DNA from: Tubiluchus corallicola
Taxonomy: Eukaryota > Animalia > Priapulida
DNA length: 64,000 nucleotides
Reading direction: 5' to 3'
Assembly: GCA_030141605.1 (NCBI GenBank)
Contig: JAQGDQ010000438.1
Location: 1 to 64,000 of the forward strand
Below, piece by piece: positions 27,601-41,991 of this stretch. The translations under genes and the position numbers were made by a program. Under the pieces are notes generated by a model, which did no database searches, was not told where the DNA came from, and worked only from the letters and a program-made list of their open reading frames with translations. Position 1 is the stretch's first letter. Each line of letters begins with the position of its first letter.

Positions 27601-29089
27601 TATCTAAACTTGTAACAGACGAATTGTAATAACTTCCCTAACGGTCATCGCGGAAGTTTTAATTTACAGTTTTATACAGCGTTACTGTTAATGCAAGCCC
27701 TTTATATAATAAGACAGTGTGTAGGTCATATGATATAAAATTTCAAAACGAATTTTTTAAAGCTTTAATTATTTATGTAGAGTGTTTTCTTATGCTTTAA
27801 ACTTGGTATATGTTCAATAGCTGCCGTTAGCTTTAAGAAAAGAAAACTAAACCCACGTACCTGCAGCGAAGACAATCTATGGCTACAAGCAAAAAGTTAT
27901 AAGCTAATAACGTACTAAGTTTATTTTAAAAGCCCCAAATAAATACTGCTTAACAGCTGCATCCAGTTAGTGAGTTTTGCTAATTACTAACTTAGTACAA
28001 AAAATCATTGGAATTTGTTGAGATTATTAGGACACTGTTGTTAACTTGTTTGAACTGGAAACTTTAGCGAGTTTAGTACTGACCTGTAAGACTTACAGTT
28101 TTATGTTTCTGCATCCTGCAAATTATATCTTTCATTTATATTGTTCCCACAGGAAATACACAACTGTGTCTTTGTGGAGAAATTCAGACAGAAGAGAATT
28201 TTTTGTGCGAGTGCCATGAAAATGCACTTTATAGATCACTGTAATTATAGTAATATTGCAAATTTATTTGACGGAGAATTAATGTCAATTGGAAATTTCA
28301 TTTACGACTGTATGCATAGATTTTTGAATTAAATAGTATAGCTTTGTTAGCGGACATATAACCGCATCACTGTGATTATCATATAGGTAAAATATTTGTT
28401 TATCAAATGTGTACAAATGCTTAGTAAATAGTTTTTTTCGCTTCATAGAGTTTACAACTAAATTTGTATATCTGTGTATATACCTTGTGCAGCTATGTTG
28501 AGTCAAATTGTTAGTATGATCTGGAAATCATTACCCGAGCTCTGCCCGCTGATAAAACCATCGGGTATGCGTCGAGTTTGTAATTTTCGTGTTGGAAATT
28601 TGATTTTCAGAAATAAAATATCTATCTATCTATCTCTTCCAAGATTTCACAGTTTAAAAGCGCAGAAATGGTATGAATCTTTTGAAGTTTTTTATTATTT
28701 TAGTAGTAGACTAGTACCTTTCAATATTGTTATATCATACTGTACTATCTAGTATCTGTACTGTACATACTGTACTATCAGTAGGTTGTACTATGTTTAC
28801 CATAAATGTAATAATAATTATATTGCAGTGGGTTAGAGAAACAAAGGTTTGTAGACGTCCACTGAAAAGTAAACCAGATGAAAAATTTGAGATGTGAACA
28901 AAAATGAGCAGGGAGAAAGGTTAGCTCACACAGGACCGAAAGAAGGATGTGTTGAGCGAAGCAGTAAGAAGAAAGACAGTAGGTTGTACGATGTTTGCAA
29001 CAGCTCCAAGAATTAATCCATTAACTCTTTAATAATAATCTGTAACAGGATTGTGGCATGGCTGCTGCAATAAATGTAGAATATTAAGA

Positions 29090-29230
29090 AGTACTGTATT
29101 TATTGAAATCACTACTTTATACTTCTTTTTAAATTTCTGTATTGGCTGAATCGTTTTTAGTTTATCCTTTATGCCATTCCAAAGCTTTGGACTCACGTTT
29201 GCAATGAATTGCTGTGCAATGTACACTATA
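29090..29230 (-). mobile_element. Degenerate LINE ORF2 C-terminal remnant
   Basis: SPKLWNGIKDKLKTIQPIQKFKKKYK motif. Confidence 0.5.
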
Positions 29231-29475
29231 AATGCACCCTTGGGCATCGGTAAATCGCTGACCTTCTCATCAAGCTAATTTTCAACCCACCCCTATAAAT
29301 GAAAATGCAACAGTCGCATTAAATAATTAGGACATGCGAGATAATTTTAGTATAAATGAAGTTGTAAATGTCGTTACAGGCATCAGTTGCTTAACACTTG
29401 GGGGACAAAGTAGAGGCTGCTTGATCTGAAGTAGAAAAGTAAGTTATCATTTTTTTAAATTGTTTAAATGTTAGA

Positions 29476-30234
<759 letters not shown>

Positions 30235-30719
30235 GTTTTCTTTGATTGAAACTCATTTCTTCGACACATATGACGTCAATACAAATACTTTATAACTGAA
30301 ATATTATTTTTTTTGTTACGAACTCCTGTGATTTTGTTAAAGGAAAGCCGGACGATTGTATGAACATTACTTCAGGGTAAAGAATGTTCTAAAATATTGA
30401 AAATTACAATAGGTTTTTTTAAATCAAAGTTTAGATTAAATAATAATTACCTCGGATACTCAAATTTCGTTAAACTTTCAAAGCTGCGCGCGGCTCAGTG
30501 AATCTACTAAGATTGGCAACAGCGCCTTTTTGTCACATTCGCGTGACCGATAAACAGAAGGCGGTACCGTGATAATCATGATCATGAACTGCAGTGTTAG
30601 TTTCTGATGTCATATGACGGAGAGCCAATTTTCGAGACATCAACGTGCTTGGAGTTGCCTACCATTGCACAAACTGTGGTTAGTTTCTGACGTAAGCAAT
30701 AGCTGTGTTCGGCTGCCTT

Positions 30720-30795
30720 TAACGTATAAATTGACTTTCTAAGCTAATTATTCAAATATACTGTAATAAACAATTGCTAACTTTTATAGGTAAGA
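30720..30795 (+). promoter_or_regulatory. Putative TATA box and short non-coding first exon of the 32709 gene
   Basis: TATAAA at 30725-30730 and donor ATAG|GTAAGA at 30790. A matching acceptor tttgtttcag ends at 32707, just before the ATG at 32709. Confidence 0.55.
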
Positions 30796-31170
30796 AAATG
30801 TATATTTTGGACAGTAAATTAAAATGAGATTGAGTCTAAACAATCGTCGGGTTTTCCTTTGATGTTAAAACTATTTAAGCGGTTTGTTACTTCATGATTT
30901 TCCCCTCTACTTTCAAAGGTAGAAAACTTTAAACAGGTTTGGAGAATCAGGGGAAAATGCTAAAAATTTTGTAAACTTACTGCCAAGATTAATGTTTTTT
31001 TGATCCAGCTTGCAAGAGTGCACCAAACAATAGCCATAAATGCATAAACTGCAGTTACAACGTTTCTTAGATTTTTTGCATAACGTCGTGTGCCAAATAG
31101 GTCTATTTTCTGACTATTTAACAAAGGTTGAATAAAAACATGAATAGCGATGGACTGAAATTTTTAATAA

Positions 31171-31263
<93 letters not shown>

Positions 31264-31424
31264 GAGTTTATTTCGTATAAAAATATACAGTTTACAAAGA
31301 AGAAGATGTTAGTAAAACAGGTAATGCGATATTAGTACAGTAACATATCTACAGACATTCAGCTTTATAATAACCACACATTGTAGTTATATTATTATAT
31401 TACATTATACAGTGTTGTAAGGAG

Positions 31425-31736
31425 CTATAATAGATATCTTAAAACACAATCTTTAAATGAGTTCTTAACCTTTAATTTTACATTTTCGTTTAGGTCTACA
31501 GTACAACCATATTTAAATCTTAAATTTACTTGACTGTTATTTACATAGTAGCATAGCTTTGGAATTCTCAATGTGCAAGAGTTTACAATTTTTCTCACAA
31601 AGTTTAATTTTCGACTATCTATTAAATAATTCGCAGGCATTGTGCCACAAAAATACATTAACAATTTGACGCTTTCATTTTGTCTAAAATCGAATATTTT
31701 TCTATAAGCAGTGTTCCATTTTACCCTAATATGCAT
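31425..31736 (-). mobile_element. Non-LTR retrotransposon ORF2 C-terminal fragment
   Basis: WNTAYRKIF...ESVKLLMYFCG...RKLNF motif, with an (AAT)n tract downstream at 31172-31263. Confidence 0.7.
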
Positions 31737-31801
31737 AATTATTGTTATGTTTTTTTAGTATTAATACATATAATTTCCTTGATGACTCTAGTGAGTGCTT
31801 T

Positions 31802-32067
31802 CAGGGCCTATTTCAGAGGGGGGAAGTGGGGATACTTCTCCGGGGCCACACCCTCCAGGGGGCCTCGTGCCGAGGTAACATTTTTTTGCTTTATGTGAAC
31901 ATTCAATTGTTCTTTCCTTTAACAACTGTATAACTTCATATTTTCTCTTCGAAAATGTTTCTCCGGCATTTTAGCAGTTCAAAAATTTTCTGGTTGGCGC
32001 CCCCCCCCCCTGAGGGGCCTCACACGCCCCACTTTCCCGGGCCTCGCTTAGGCTGAAATAGGCCCTG
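31802..32067. mobile_element. hAT-type MITE, copy 3
   Basis: Both TIRs CAGGGCCTATTTCAG are present; the TSD is agtgcttt / agtgcatt (7 of 8 match). Confidence 0.88.
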
Positions 32068-32164
32068 AGTGCATTGAATGTTTAATTTATTGACAATTTC
32101 AGCGAATGAATCACGTCATGTCTTTTAGTTAAAACATTTTTGGTAATGCAATAAATATACAGAT

Positions 32165-32635
32165 ATAAATACGGGTGGGAAGTAATAAAATATTTTTATA
32201 CTAGAGGGGAAGTTTTTGAAAATGAAAAACAACAAATCATGATTGAGTGATCAGTTATATGTTTCAAGTAAGTTAAATTTATAATTTTTTTAAATATGGA
32301 CAGCGAGTTGGCATTTTTAATAGCTGGAGCAATTGAATTCCATATGTAAGGGCCATTGTATTTAATAGAAAATTTTCTAACATTTGTGTTGCACTGTATG
32401 TAGTGATAGTTAAGTCTATAACGTGTGCCGTAATTATGTATCTCAGCATTCAAACAAAAATAATCAGTAAATAAGGGAGGCAATAATTTATGAGAGAATT
32501 TTTACATGAAAATGGCAGTTTGGAACTTATTAATGTCATAAATGTTTAGAAAGTTTAGTCTTTTAAATACTGGCGGTGTATGGTCCTGATAACCGGCAAA
32601 TGTTAGAGCTCGCACTATTTTCTGCACACAATGTT
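32165..32635 (-). mobile_element. LINE fragment, near-identical duplicate of 27130-27600
   Basis: Same sequence and same truncation point, with shared flank ttatctaaacttgtaaca. Confidence 0.85.
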
Positions 32636-32708
32636 ATCTAAACTTGTAACAAACGAATTGATATAATAAATATAATTCTATAATAAATAGAACTGCGTTT
32701 GTTTCAGT

Positions 32709-33515
32709 ATGAATATCATTTCTGGCATCGCTGTATTGTGTTGCGTGGTGGGCGTCTTTGGAGATGCTTTTGGACAGGAAGGACTTCGTGGAATCCACGG
32801 AGACGGTTGTTACGGTAGTGGATGTCTCTCCAGGGCAAGGGCAGGATACAGTCAACAAGTCAGTAGCGATCCTTACTCTTCTAGAGGCCGAGCAAGAGGA
32901 GAAACCCATCGATCAAGAGCCGGCTATGGTGCCCAGATAACAGCTGACCCGTACGCGTCACAAAGCCGCGCAAGCGCAGAGAGCTTGTTCGGGAGAGAAG
33001 CCACGCCCACAGGTATCATTCGTACAGGCTACGGGGACGAATTCGACTTGTACGATTTTGGTCGATTTGGCATTGTCGACTTTGGTGTAGGCAACTTCGC
33101 CGGGGGATACGTCGACGTGAAAGGATTCGACTTTGCTCAGACTCGTCAAACTGCTGCTGAAAAAGCACCCGAACCCTCAATAATTAAACTAGAAGATCTG
33201 GAACAGAAGGTGATCGGCAAGAAGTACAGATCCGGATACGCCAGACAGTACGAAACATCGGGCGCCGAGAAAGCCGGATCTGGTAGCGGGGAAGCCGGAG
33301 TCGAGATCACAGCGACACGAAGCGGCGATCAGAACATTCAGCAAGTTTTCAAGCAGACGGCAGAAGGGGAAGGCGGTGTGGAAGAGGGCGCCACCTATGG
33401 TTTCCAGAAAAACGCAGAAATCGGGTATCAACCAGTAGTCGTGGAATCGATACCCGTACACAGTGCGCCTCCAAAGCAGGTAGCATATGATGTGCCCCAA
33501 AAACAGCAATACTAA
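32709..33515 (+). CDS. Secreted Gly/Tyr/Ala-rich protein of unknown family (268 aa)
   Basis: ATG directly after a splice acceptor, signal peptide MNIISGIAVLCCVVGVFG, and GC content far above the flanks. Internal duplication SRARAGYSQQVSSDPYSS / RSRAGYGAQITADPYAS. Confidence 0.85.
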   Translation: MNIISGIAVLCCVVGVFGDAFGQEGLRGIHGDGCYGSGCLSRARAGYSQQVSSDPYSSRGRARGETHRSRAGYGAQITADPYASQSRASAESLFGREATPTGIIRTGYGDEFDLYDFGRFGIVDFGVGNFAGGYVDVKGFDFAQTRQTAAEKAPEPSIIKLEDLEQKVIGKKYRSGYARQYETSGAEKAGSGSGEAGVEITATRSGDQNIQQVFKQTAEGEGGVEEGATYGFQKNAEIGYQPVVVESIPVHSAPPKQVAYDVPQKQQY

Positions 33516-35032
33516 ACAACCCAGAACATCATGGAAAAGTTTCAGACGAAATACACAAACATTTTTTTACACCCAACACCAACGTATTCTTAAGTTCACA
33601 TAGTCTTATTCATGAAGCAATAAGTACTTTTTCTGTGGAAAGAGGGCGCTACATCACAATCTTTAGTTTACATTTGCAACTTTCGGAAGTGTATTTGTCA
33701 AAGCTAAAATTTATTTAAATTTGAGAACCTGTTGAAAAGAATGACGCAATAACAATTGACGATTCAAAAGTATTCATAATGGCTAGTCACATGTTCCATC
33801 TATGTGACCTCTTTTGACCTGAATCACAGATTTTGTCCTCCACGTGTGAAGCAATTGTGTCAACTATGAGGCCAATTTATGTACGTATTAATAGCATTAA
33901 AAATCTGAGAAAAACTGTCTGTATTTTGCGTTTTTTTCAATACGGTCAACACAGTGCGCAGCAGTCACAGAGAAAGTAAACTTTACATTTCGATACCTGT
34001 CCTGTTGTAGAAATTTGCAATCATTTTATTGTAAAACGTATACAATGTTCACAGACCATAAAATTGAACAAACAGTCATAAAGTTAGCAATATGATATTT
34101 GACAGTAGAAATTTTGCATCCTTTCTCAATGCTGTCTCTAGATCAACTGAAACTTGCACGCCTGAGAGAATAAAGCTGTAATCACATGACCAGACATACG
34201 AGTTCCTATTGGAAGGTACATTACATTCATGCACACATACCATAAATGGAAAGGTCACCTATACTCTACAGACTACTAGTTAAACCAAAATCAAAGTCCA
34301 CTTGGCTTCTTTGATAGCAGAATAAAGATTATTGGTTTACAGAAAGCTGTGTTATAATGTTATAATTTTTCTCTATTCAAACTTGAATAAGAGAGTTACA
34401 ACCAGAATTAAAGCATGAAATTAACAATCTAATTACTCTGATTAATGACTATCTATAAAAGCAAAAGGAAATAATATTTAGAAACAAAAATCAATCTCTG
34501 ACAAACTTTGTACAATTAGAGTAAAACAACGACTGTAGATGGCAGCATAGACTAATTCAGTACTTTAGTGTAGTAGACTGACAATTAAATGGATAACATA
34601 ATACTACAATCGCGTACTCGGTACAATAAGCGACACCAGATTTTGAACTTGTCAGATCCAAACTTACAAGTTTAATAATGCAACTAATCAAATTCAAATA
34701 GATTTCACGATTATCATGAAAATGACCTTTTTAAACTGATGATAGTCGTCTGTTGCTTTTAATCTCATCAACAATCCTGTAGACAATTTTTGATTTATAA
34801 AATGATAAATTGAAAGAAGAAATTTTCGTGTCCGACAGATGGCAGCAGCAGTATGTGAAACTTGCTATCATGCAGTATATTTGAAGCCAATTGAAGGATT
34901 TGAATCATTTGTTGTGTGAATCATAAAATTCGACTTGAGATAGCAGACAAGGGACTGATAATACATGTAATACATTATCCTGAAAATGAGGGATAAGCTT
35001 TGGTATCACACTTCTTAACTGGACTATCTTAA

Positions 35033-35650
35033 AGCAAAACCGGACCCAATCTTAAACTGTAGATCAAAACAATCTACTCTTTAAAATATTGAAAGGAAAC
35101 ATACTATTTTTCCAGAATGAATTACGTGAAAGAATTATTGTCACCTAAACACAATTTCGCGTTCACGCCACTAGTTCTTCGTTGTTACATGCATTTCGCC
35201 ATTCGCTAGTTACACGGGCACTAGTGTCTGCATTTCGGTAACACATTGCACAAAAACAGGTGCTGTACCTCTCAGTTCAGATGTGTTAGTTTCTGACGAA
35301 ATACACACGTTCGACAGCTCGTATGTGAGCACAGCGGTAAATTTGAAATTATAATTTTTATCTTAAAACTTGCCTAGTTTTAGTACAACGTACTGAATAT
35401 CTTACAGCAGCACTGTACATCAATTTTCGCTTTCACAAACACGTGCAACACGCTAGTGGAATATTTTTGCTGATGAAAATTATGTTAGTTTGTGATGTCA
35501 TCAATAGTTGGGCTCGCCTGCCGTTAATTAAATTTTGATCTATCACTTAATTATCAGAAACGTTTTTGCAGTATTAATTGTGTATAAAATGTATACTTTT
35601 TTATCGAACTTGAAAACGGGATAGTGTATGAAAAATCACCCTGTCTTCCT
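35033..35650 (+). mobile_element. Kolobok-like MITE, copy C
   Basis: TTAA-AGCAAAAC...GTCTTCCT-TTAA; homologous to 721-1321. Confidence 0.75.
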
Positions 35651-36686
35651 TTAAAGACATGTTGGTATCTGATGTACTGATTTTTCTTTAGCAATTGGTC
35701 TAGCAGTTTGACAGAGACTCGTATTTCAAGGGTGTGGTTTTATCTGATCAGTGGAATGGAGGCAGGCGGTGGGTTGGGGGGGGGAGGGGGGGTGAATAAG
35801 TAGGTTAAAATAAATGTTAATTGCTAAATGTAATCCATTTTGATTTCACGACATTTCCGACTCCAGATTCATGATATAAACTGGTTTTTCTTATTGATAC
35901 CAACGCAGAATGTTTTACAACATTTAGTCTTTCTCTGTGTTCGCCACACTTCAAAGATCTTTTCTCTAAGAAAACTTTATGCAACTGTCTCTCCATCACT
36001 GAAGATATTGGACCTTACCCTTGAGAGCTAATACTTCAGTCTTTATTCTATTGGAGCATGTCTCTAGTAAAGAGGTCAATTCAATTCAATTTTATTTTCT
36101 CAATAGCAGTTAAAGTTCGTCATAATTATTTTTACATTTCATTGCAGCTGAGAAGGAGTAGCGAAAGACCTAGTGGTCACTTGATCAGCTGCCCCTTATT
36201 AAAAACACAAGTTTACTCACAGGCTCATGACATTTTTTAGGTGTTCGTGTATATATAAAAGGCAAAAGCAACAAAAATCAACTCAAAGCAGAAATGCAAT
36301 TCAAAGCATAACAAGGAATAACATCAAGCAAAAAATTAATGAAATTCAATCTAGAGGAAAAAATAATATCAAACAAAAAAAAGCAACAAAAATCTACTCA
36401 AAGCAAAAATGCAATTCCACTCAGAATAAAAGGAAGTTATCACAAGCAATGCAAAACGAAATTTAACTCATAGCAAAAAATTATATCTAACAAAATGAAA
36501 CTCAAAGCGAAAATTTTATAAAGCAAAATCAATTCAACTGAAGGTAAAAGAATTTGTCAAAACTGTCTGGTACTCTTGCACCCTTAGCAGCGTTAATCTA
36601 TCTTGTCGTTTTCATTGGTCTTCCCTTTTCACGATTTGTGATCAACGTCTTCGAGTACGTCATGTTGCTTGTAAGTCTACAACATA

Positions 36687-37645
36687 CCGTAAAACGGGGT
36701 GAGTTCGCCACCCGAGGGTGAGTTCGCCACCCCTTACGTAATGGCCATTGTAGGTTTGCTGTAACTATTGTTCAGTGTTTAATGAACAGATATCATGATC
36801 ACCGTCATTATAAACAGTTTGCGACAGTTATCTTCTTTCAATTCGCACTAGAAGTATTCCATTCTGCGCTACATATTATTTGTCTACTATTTCTTGCTAC
36901 TTAACATGCCATGCACCTGCACCCCTGTACCGGGTCATAGATACCCCAGAAGCTCTGGAAGCTGCCCTACACGCCGTCAAGAATACCAACAGGACAATCA
37001 GCGCAGCGGCGAGGCAATTCGGAGTTCCAAGAAAGACCCTTTCTGACAAACTCTCAGGAACTCATCCGCGGAAGACCGGAGGTCAGCCAGTGTTCTCCGC
37101 CGCCGAGGAGCACGAAATCGCCAACACTCCAAGTGGTCACTGAATGGGGGTTCCCAATGACTGCCATCGATCTCCGACTACTGATTAAGAGTGTTCTTGA
37201 CGCGAAGGGGATCCAGGAACGACGATTCAAGGCAAACACCCCTGGAATAGACTTTGTCAAATCATTCGCCCGAAGGAACAATCTGGTTTTCGGAGTGGCT
37301 GGCAACATCAAGGGCGCCCGCGCGAAGATCAGTGCACACGACGTTCAAGCCTTCCTTGCCAACGTAGAAGTTTCTATTTGAAAACTAAAACTACACATTT
37401 TTCATAATTTTTTCATAGGGTGGCGAACTCACCCCCAACCAGCCAATCACAACCAGTTAACTTCAGCTGCCTAGAATGGCATTAACCAGTATTAAATTGC
37501 TAGTGGCGAATTCACCCCACGATAGTGTTTCATTCGAAAGGCAATATAAAGTTTGAACTAAAAAAATCGGTTGGGTAATTCTCTTGCTATGGCAAGAAAC
37601 GTAAAAAATACCCCTAAAAAGTGGCGAACTCACCCCGTTTTACGG
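36687..37645 (+). mobile_element. Internally deleted pogo/Tigger-like (Tc1-mariner superfamily) transposon
   Basis: TA TSD and perfect TIRs CCGTAAAACGGGGTGAGTTCGCCAC, with extra internal ggtgagttcgccac sites. Frameshifted pipsqueak-type HTH (ISAAARQFGVPRKTLSDKL) and CENP-B-type HTH (EWGFPMTAIDLR...PGIDFVKSFARRN). No DDE domain. Confidence 0.92.
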
Positions 37646-39550
37646 TAAATAACTCGATGCAAGTGTAGAAAACTAACATTTGAAATTAAGCCGGTACTCG
37701 CCTAAGTCGGGTGGGCGGCCTGGAACCTTTACACTTTGCTACTAGATGGAGGTAAAATGCATTCACTCTCTTTCTCACATACTGAAGGAAAGTGAATCTA
37801 TTTTACCTTCGTCTAGTAACAATGTAAAGAAGAAGAACGTGGTCTTTTATGGCTCACCACATTGATGGTCCGTCAGCAAATGACATCATGGTGACTGCAT
37901 GGTTGTAGCCGAAGAAGAGGCACTGAGATTGGATGCAACTTCTGATCGTGTGGAGCATTTGAGACGTCACCAAACAGTCTATAATGATGAGGGTTTAGGG
38001 ATACCGCAGGGTATCCACTTGGGTCTGGAAAATATGCATTTTTCTCCAATGCATCGTTTCGCTGTAATTGAATGTCTTTTGTACCCAACAAATCCTAACA
38101 CTTTGTATACTCAAGACTTGTAAAGGTTCAATAAGTAACAGACTAATTACATAACTATCATTATAATAGCAGCATTTTTGTTACATAATGTTGCATTGTT
38201 ACAAGGTGAATCTTAACAATACCACTTAACTACATGAAGGAAATGATGGGATTGATGGACGTGAAGGAATCTGAATTTTATGGATGAATGAATAAAACAA
38301 CCAAATAATATGCAAGTCTTTTAGCTGCAAAATGCAGGAAAAAGCAAAACATTTCTTGAATCAAAGTCGCAGAACACAATGTATTAACATACCATTTTAA
38401 ACAATTTACACTTTTAGAAACTATAATTAAATTATTTTATTTATCTCAGCAGTTAACTTCACTTCAAAAGTGAAAGACATTTTAAATAAGAAAACTAACA
38501 CGTCATAATGTGTGCATAGTCGTGTCACAAAAAATTAAGAAATTAAAGGGATTACAAAGAACATTTTATTCAGCGTCAGTTTTTAGCCTTACTGCTTAAG
38601 TAGGGGTTGCATAACTTATCATACATACTAGGTCTTTCTAATATGAAGATTAAATTTAATGTTCACAGTTGCTCACATTTAAACTTACAGGTTGTTACAA
38701 TGTTGCTAGCAAATTATTTTAACCTCAAACAAATGTATGACTCTTCAATGAACAAAACCTGTGATTTTAAAATAGATGCACAGTTATGAAGAAACTCTAA
38801 AGGTAACTGCTAAGACACTGATAAATAAAGTAGAATACAGGTGAGGTTCTTTTTATATCTCATAAACTTTATTTTCTGAATTGGTAATGATACCATACAT
38901 TGCTCTCTCTCTCTCTCTCTCTGTCAAGTCACATGCTTACAATGTGATGTGTAAAAACCAACTGCCCAGGTAAAATTTTCCATGAAGTAAAAGGAAGTCA
39001 GCAATTCAATGAAGGTAACTGTTATGCATACTAGTTCAAGGATGAAAGTTTAGACGGTATACAAAGAAATCAACTTATTTTATGGCTGAAATTTCTTGTA
39101 CGGGATTTTAATTTAATATTTTAACAAGAGAATGTAATAATATGACTATTGATAATGATTACAAACTAATAATTAATAATGAATAAGATCAAGAACTCGT
39201 GAGCTCCACGGCAACAGTTACCTATTAATGTTACCAAAATGACACACTAGACAAATTTTTATTATTATAATTCTTTATTTAAAATTTAAAATTGTAGGCA
39301 TATACAAATATTTACATAAAATACATACAGGGACCCTCTATTTGCAGGGTATGGTTAAAAAACTTTGTAAATAAAATAGCTGTTATATTCGCAAGACTTT
39401 TAAATACCAATAAATGAACAACTAAAATCGAATAGTACCAATTTTCACAAAGTTACACAAAACGACCTGTATAATATAAAAGTGACAGATATAATATAAA
39501 AGTTCAATATTTTATACTAAAGTTTGTAAAAACGAATCACAAACTAACTA

Positions 39551-40275
<725 letters not shown>

Positions 40276-40917
40276 AAGTTTTTTGCAATGATGTATCTCT
40301 GATTACTTAATGTCAGTTAGTTACATATTAAATCAGGCCAAAATTAAAAAATAATATAACAGAGGTTAAACTAGATGAGTGCCCTTCGTTTGATATATGA
40401 TCAGCAAGAATGCTGCAGCTGTCGCTTATATATATATATATATATATTTGATAAATAAATTGTTTATTTATTTATTTATTCGGAAATGCAAATATATAAT
40501 ATATAGAAACAATGGGAAAAATATTCAGTTAATAATAATGATTTGACCTGACAGCATGCATATAGTCAATGGCAACCATAAGTGAAAATTTGTTTGGTTT
40601 TTGTGCCATTGTAAGCACTTTCAAATAATAATTGATAAAAGGAGAAAATCACACACAATCCAACCGAAATTGTAAGTACAACATAAAGTATAAAACTAAA
40701 CATTAATATGTTAAAAACTGTATAAATAATAACTTAATATTTGCTGTTTCTTGTGTCACTCTTTATCAGCGATTTCACAGGTTTAAGGAGTTAGAAAATA
40801 ATTTTAATTTCGTTAAATTTCTCATATTTCATTAAACTCAAGAATTATGTATAAACAACTGTTGTAATGATAACAATTGTTGACAGAATTTACAGTTGCA
40901 TGGATCATAATGGTTCA

Positions 40918-41385
40918 CTACTGTGCATCGGCTTGACAAAGATAGTAGTGAGCTTTTGTACAATAGAAGTCATCCCAGGCGAAATGTTCATCAATCCACC
41001 AAAATCGTAAACAATGTTGAGTACTATTGTAGTTATCAAAGTTAGTAGCTAACTTGTTGCTAATGACTGGCTGACCATTAGACACCCATATCCAGTCACC
41101 TTCTCGGTGTTGATCAGTTCCACCAATCCAGACATTGTCGTCAATATTTCTTATGTAGATTTTTAGGAAATGATTTTCTGCATTGGTTTCAACTGTTGCC
41201 AATTCACCTCCTGCTATTTTGCACTTTACCACGGCACCCCACCAATGAATCTGAGTTTGGGAAAGCAAGTAGCAACGTCCATTGTTATATTCCCAACCAA
41301 TTGGACAACATGCTGTCTGATTCATTTCAGTGTCTGCTCTTGAGCGTTGCAGAGCAACTAACAGCAATAGTAATGCCTTGTTCAT
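40918..41385 (-). CDS. Secreted single-domain C-type lectin (155 aa)
   Basis: ATG at 41385 and signal peptide MNKALLLLLVALQRSRA, then CPIGW...RCY, A..KC...GGELATVET..EN.FL, WIGGTD..EGDWIW, C...WDD..C.....YLCQ. Intronless. Confidence 0.92.
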   Translation of the reverse strand: MNKALLLLLVALQRSRADTEMNQTACCPIGWEYNNGRCYLLSQTQIHWWGAVVKCKIAGGELATVETNAENHFLKIYIRNIDDNVWIGGTDQHREGDWIWVSNGQPVISNKLATNFDNYNSTQHCLRFWWIDEHFAWDDFYCTKAHYYLCQADAQ

Positions 41386-41772
41386 TGAGAATGCTTGAGG
41401 TTTTTTATTCGTTATTTCACCCAATTTGTCTCACTGTAGGTTTAAATGAATATATAATGTATATATATATATATATATAGAATATACATAGACGATCCAT
41501 TAAATATAAACGTCGTACACCTTCATTAAGAGATGAACTCAAAATTTGCTCAAACGGCTTGCAAAGAGTAGGTATAATAATAATAGTCTAATTCTATCAG
41601 AGTGCGTGGTGTGATCGCGCAGGTTATTGTGACGTCATGCTTTGTCATACGACTGCCTTACCATGGCGACAAAAGATTCTTTTACAGATCTGGTGGATTC
41701 TACGATTTGTGTAACATTCTAAGATTTCTTTCACTTGCTTGCAAAACATTCGCATTTTCTGAATTACATACA

Positions 41773-41991
41773 ATGAACTGCTATCGTTTCATAGACCTTG
41801 CTTTCCTTTTTCTGCTGGTTGCTGTGCTTAATACTGGAAATGTACAGACAACTGATACCGTAGAGTTCTTTCCACGCTGTACAAGATACGTTCGTGAAAA
41901 TGGCGTATATCAAGTCGAGTGTTCGTTTGATTTTTTGACAGTATTTAATGAAACAATGTGGCAGAAGCTGTTCTTCTCACGAGTGAAGTGA
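41773..41991 (+). CDS. Possible small secreted protein or truncated gene (72 aa), head-to-head with the lectin
   Basis: ATG in acaATG context, signal-like FIDLAFLFLLVAVLNTG and two Cys (PRCTRY...VECSFDFLT). Confidence 0.35.
   Translation: MNCYRFIDLAFLFLLVAVLNTGNVQTTDTVEFFPRCTRYVRENGVYQVECSFDFLTVFNETMWQKLFFSRVK

Noticed and set aside
37873-38123. Short overlapping ORFs after the pogo element
   Set aside because: No domain, signal peptide or clear splice sites.
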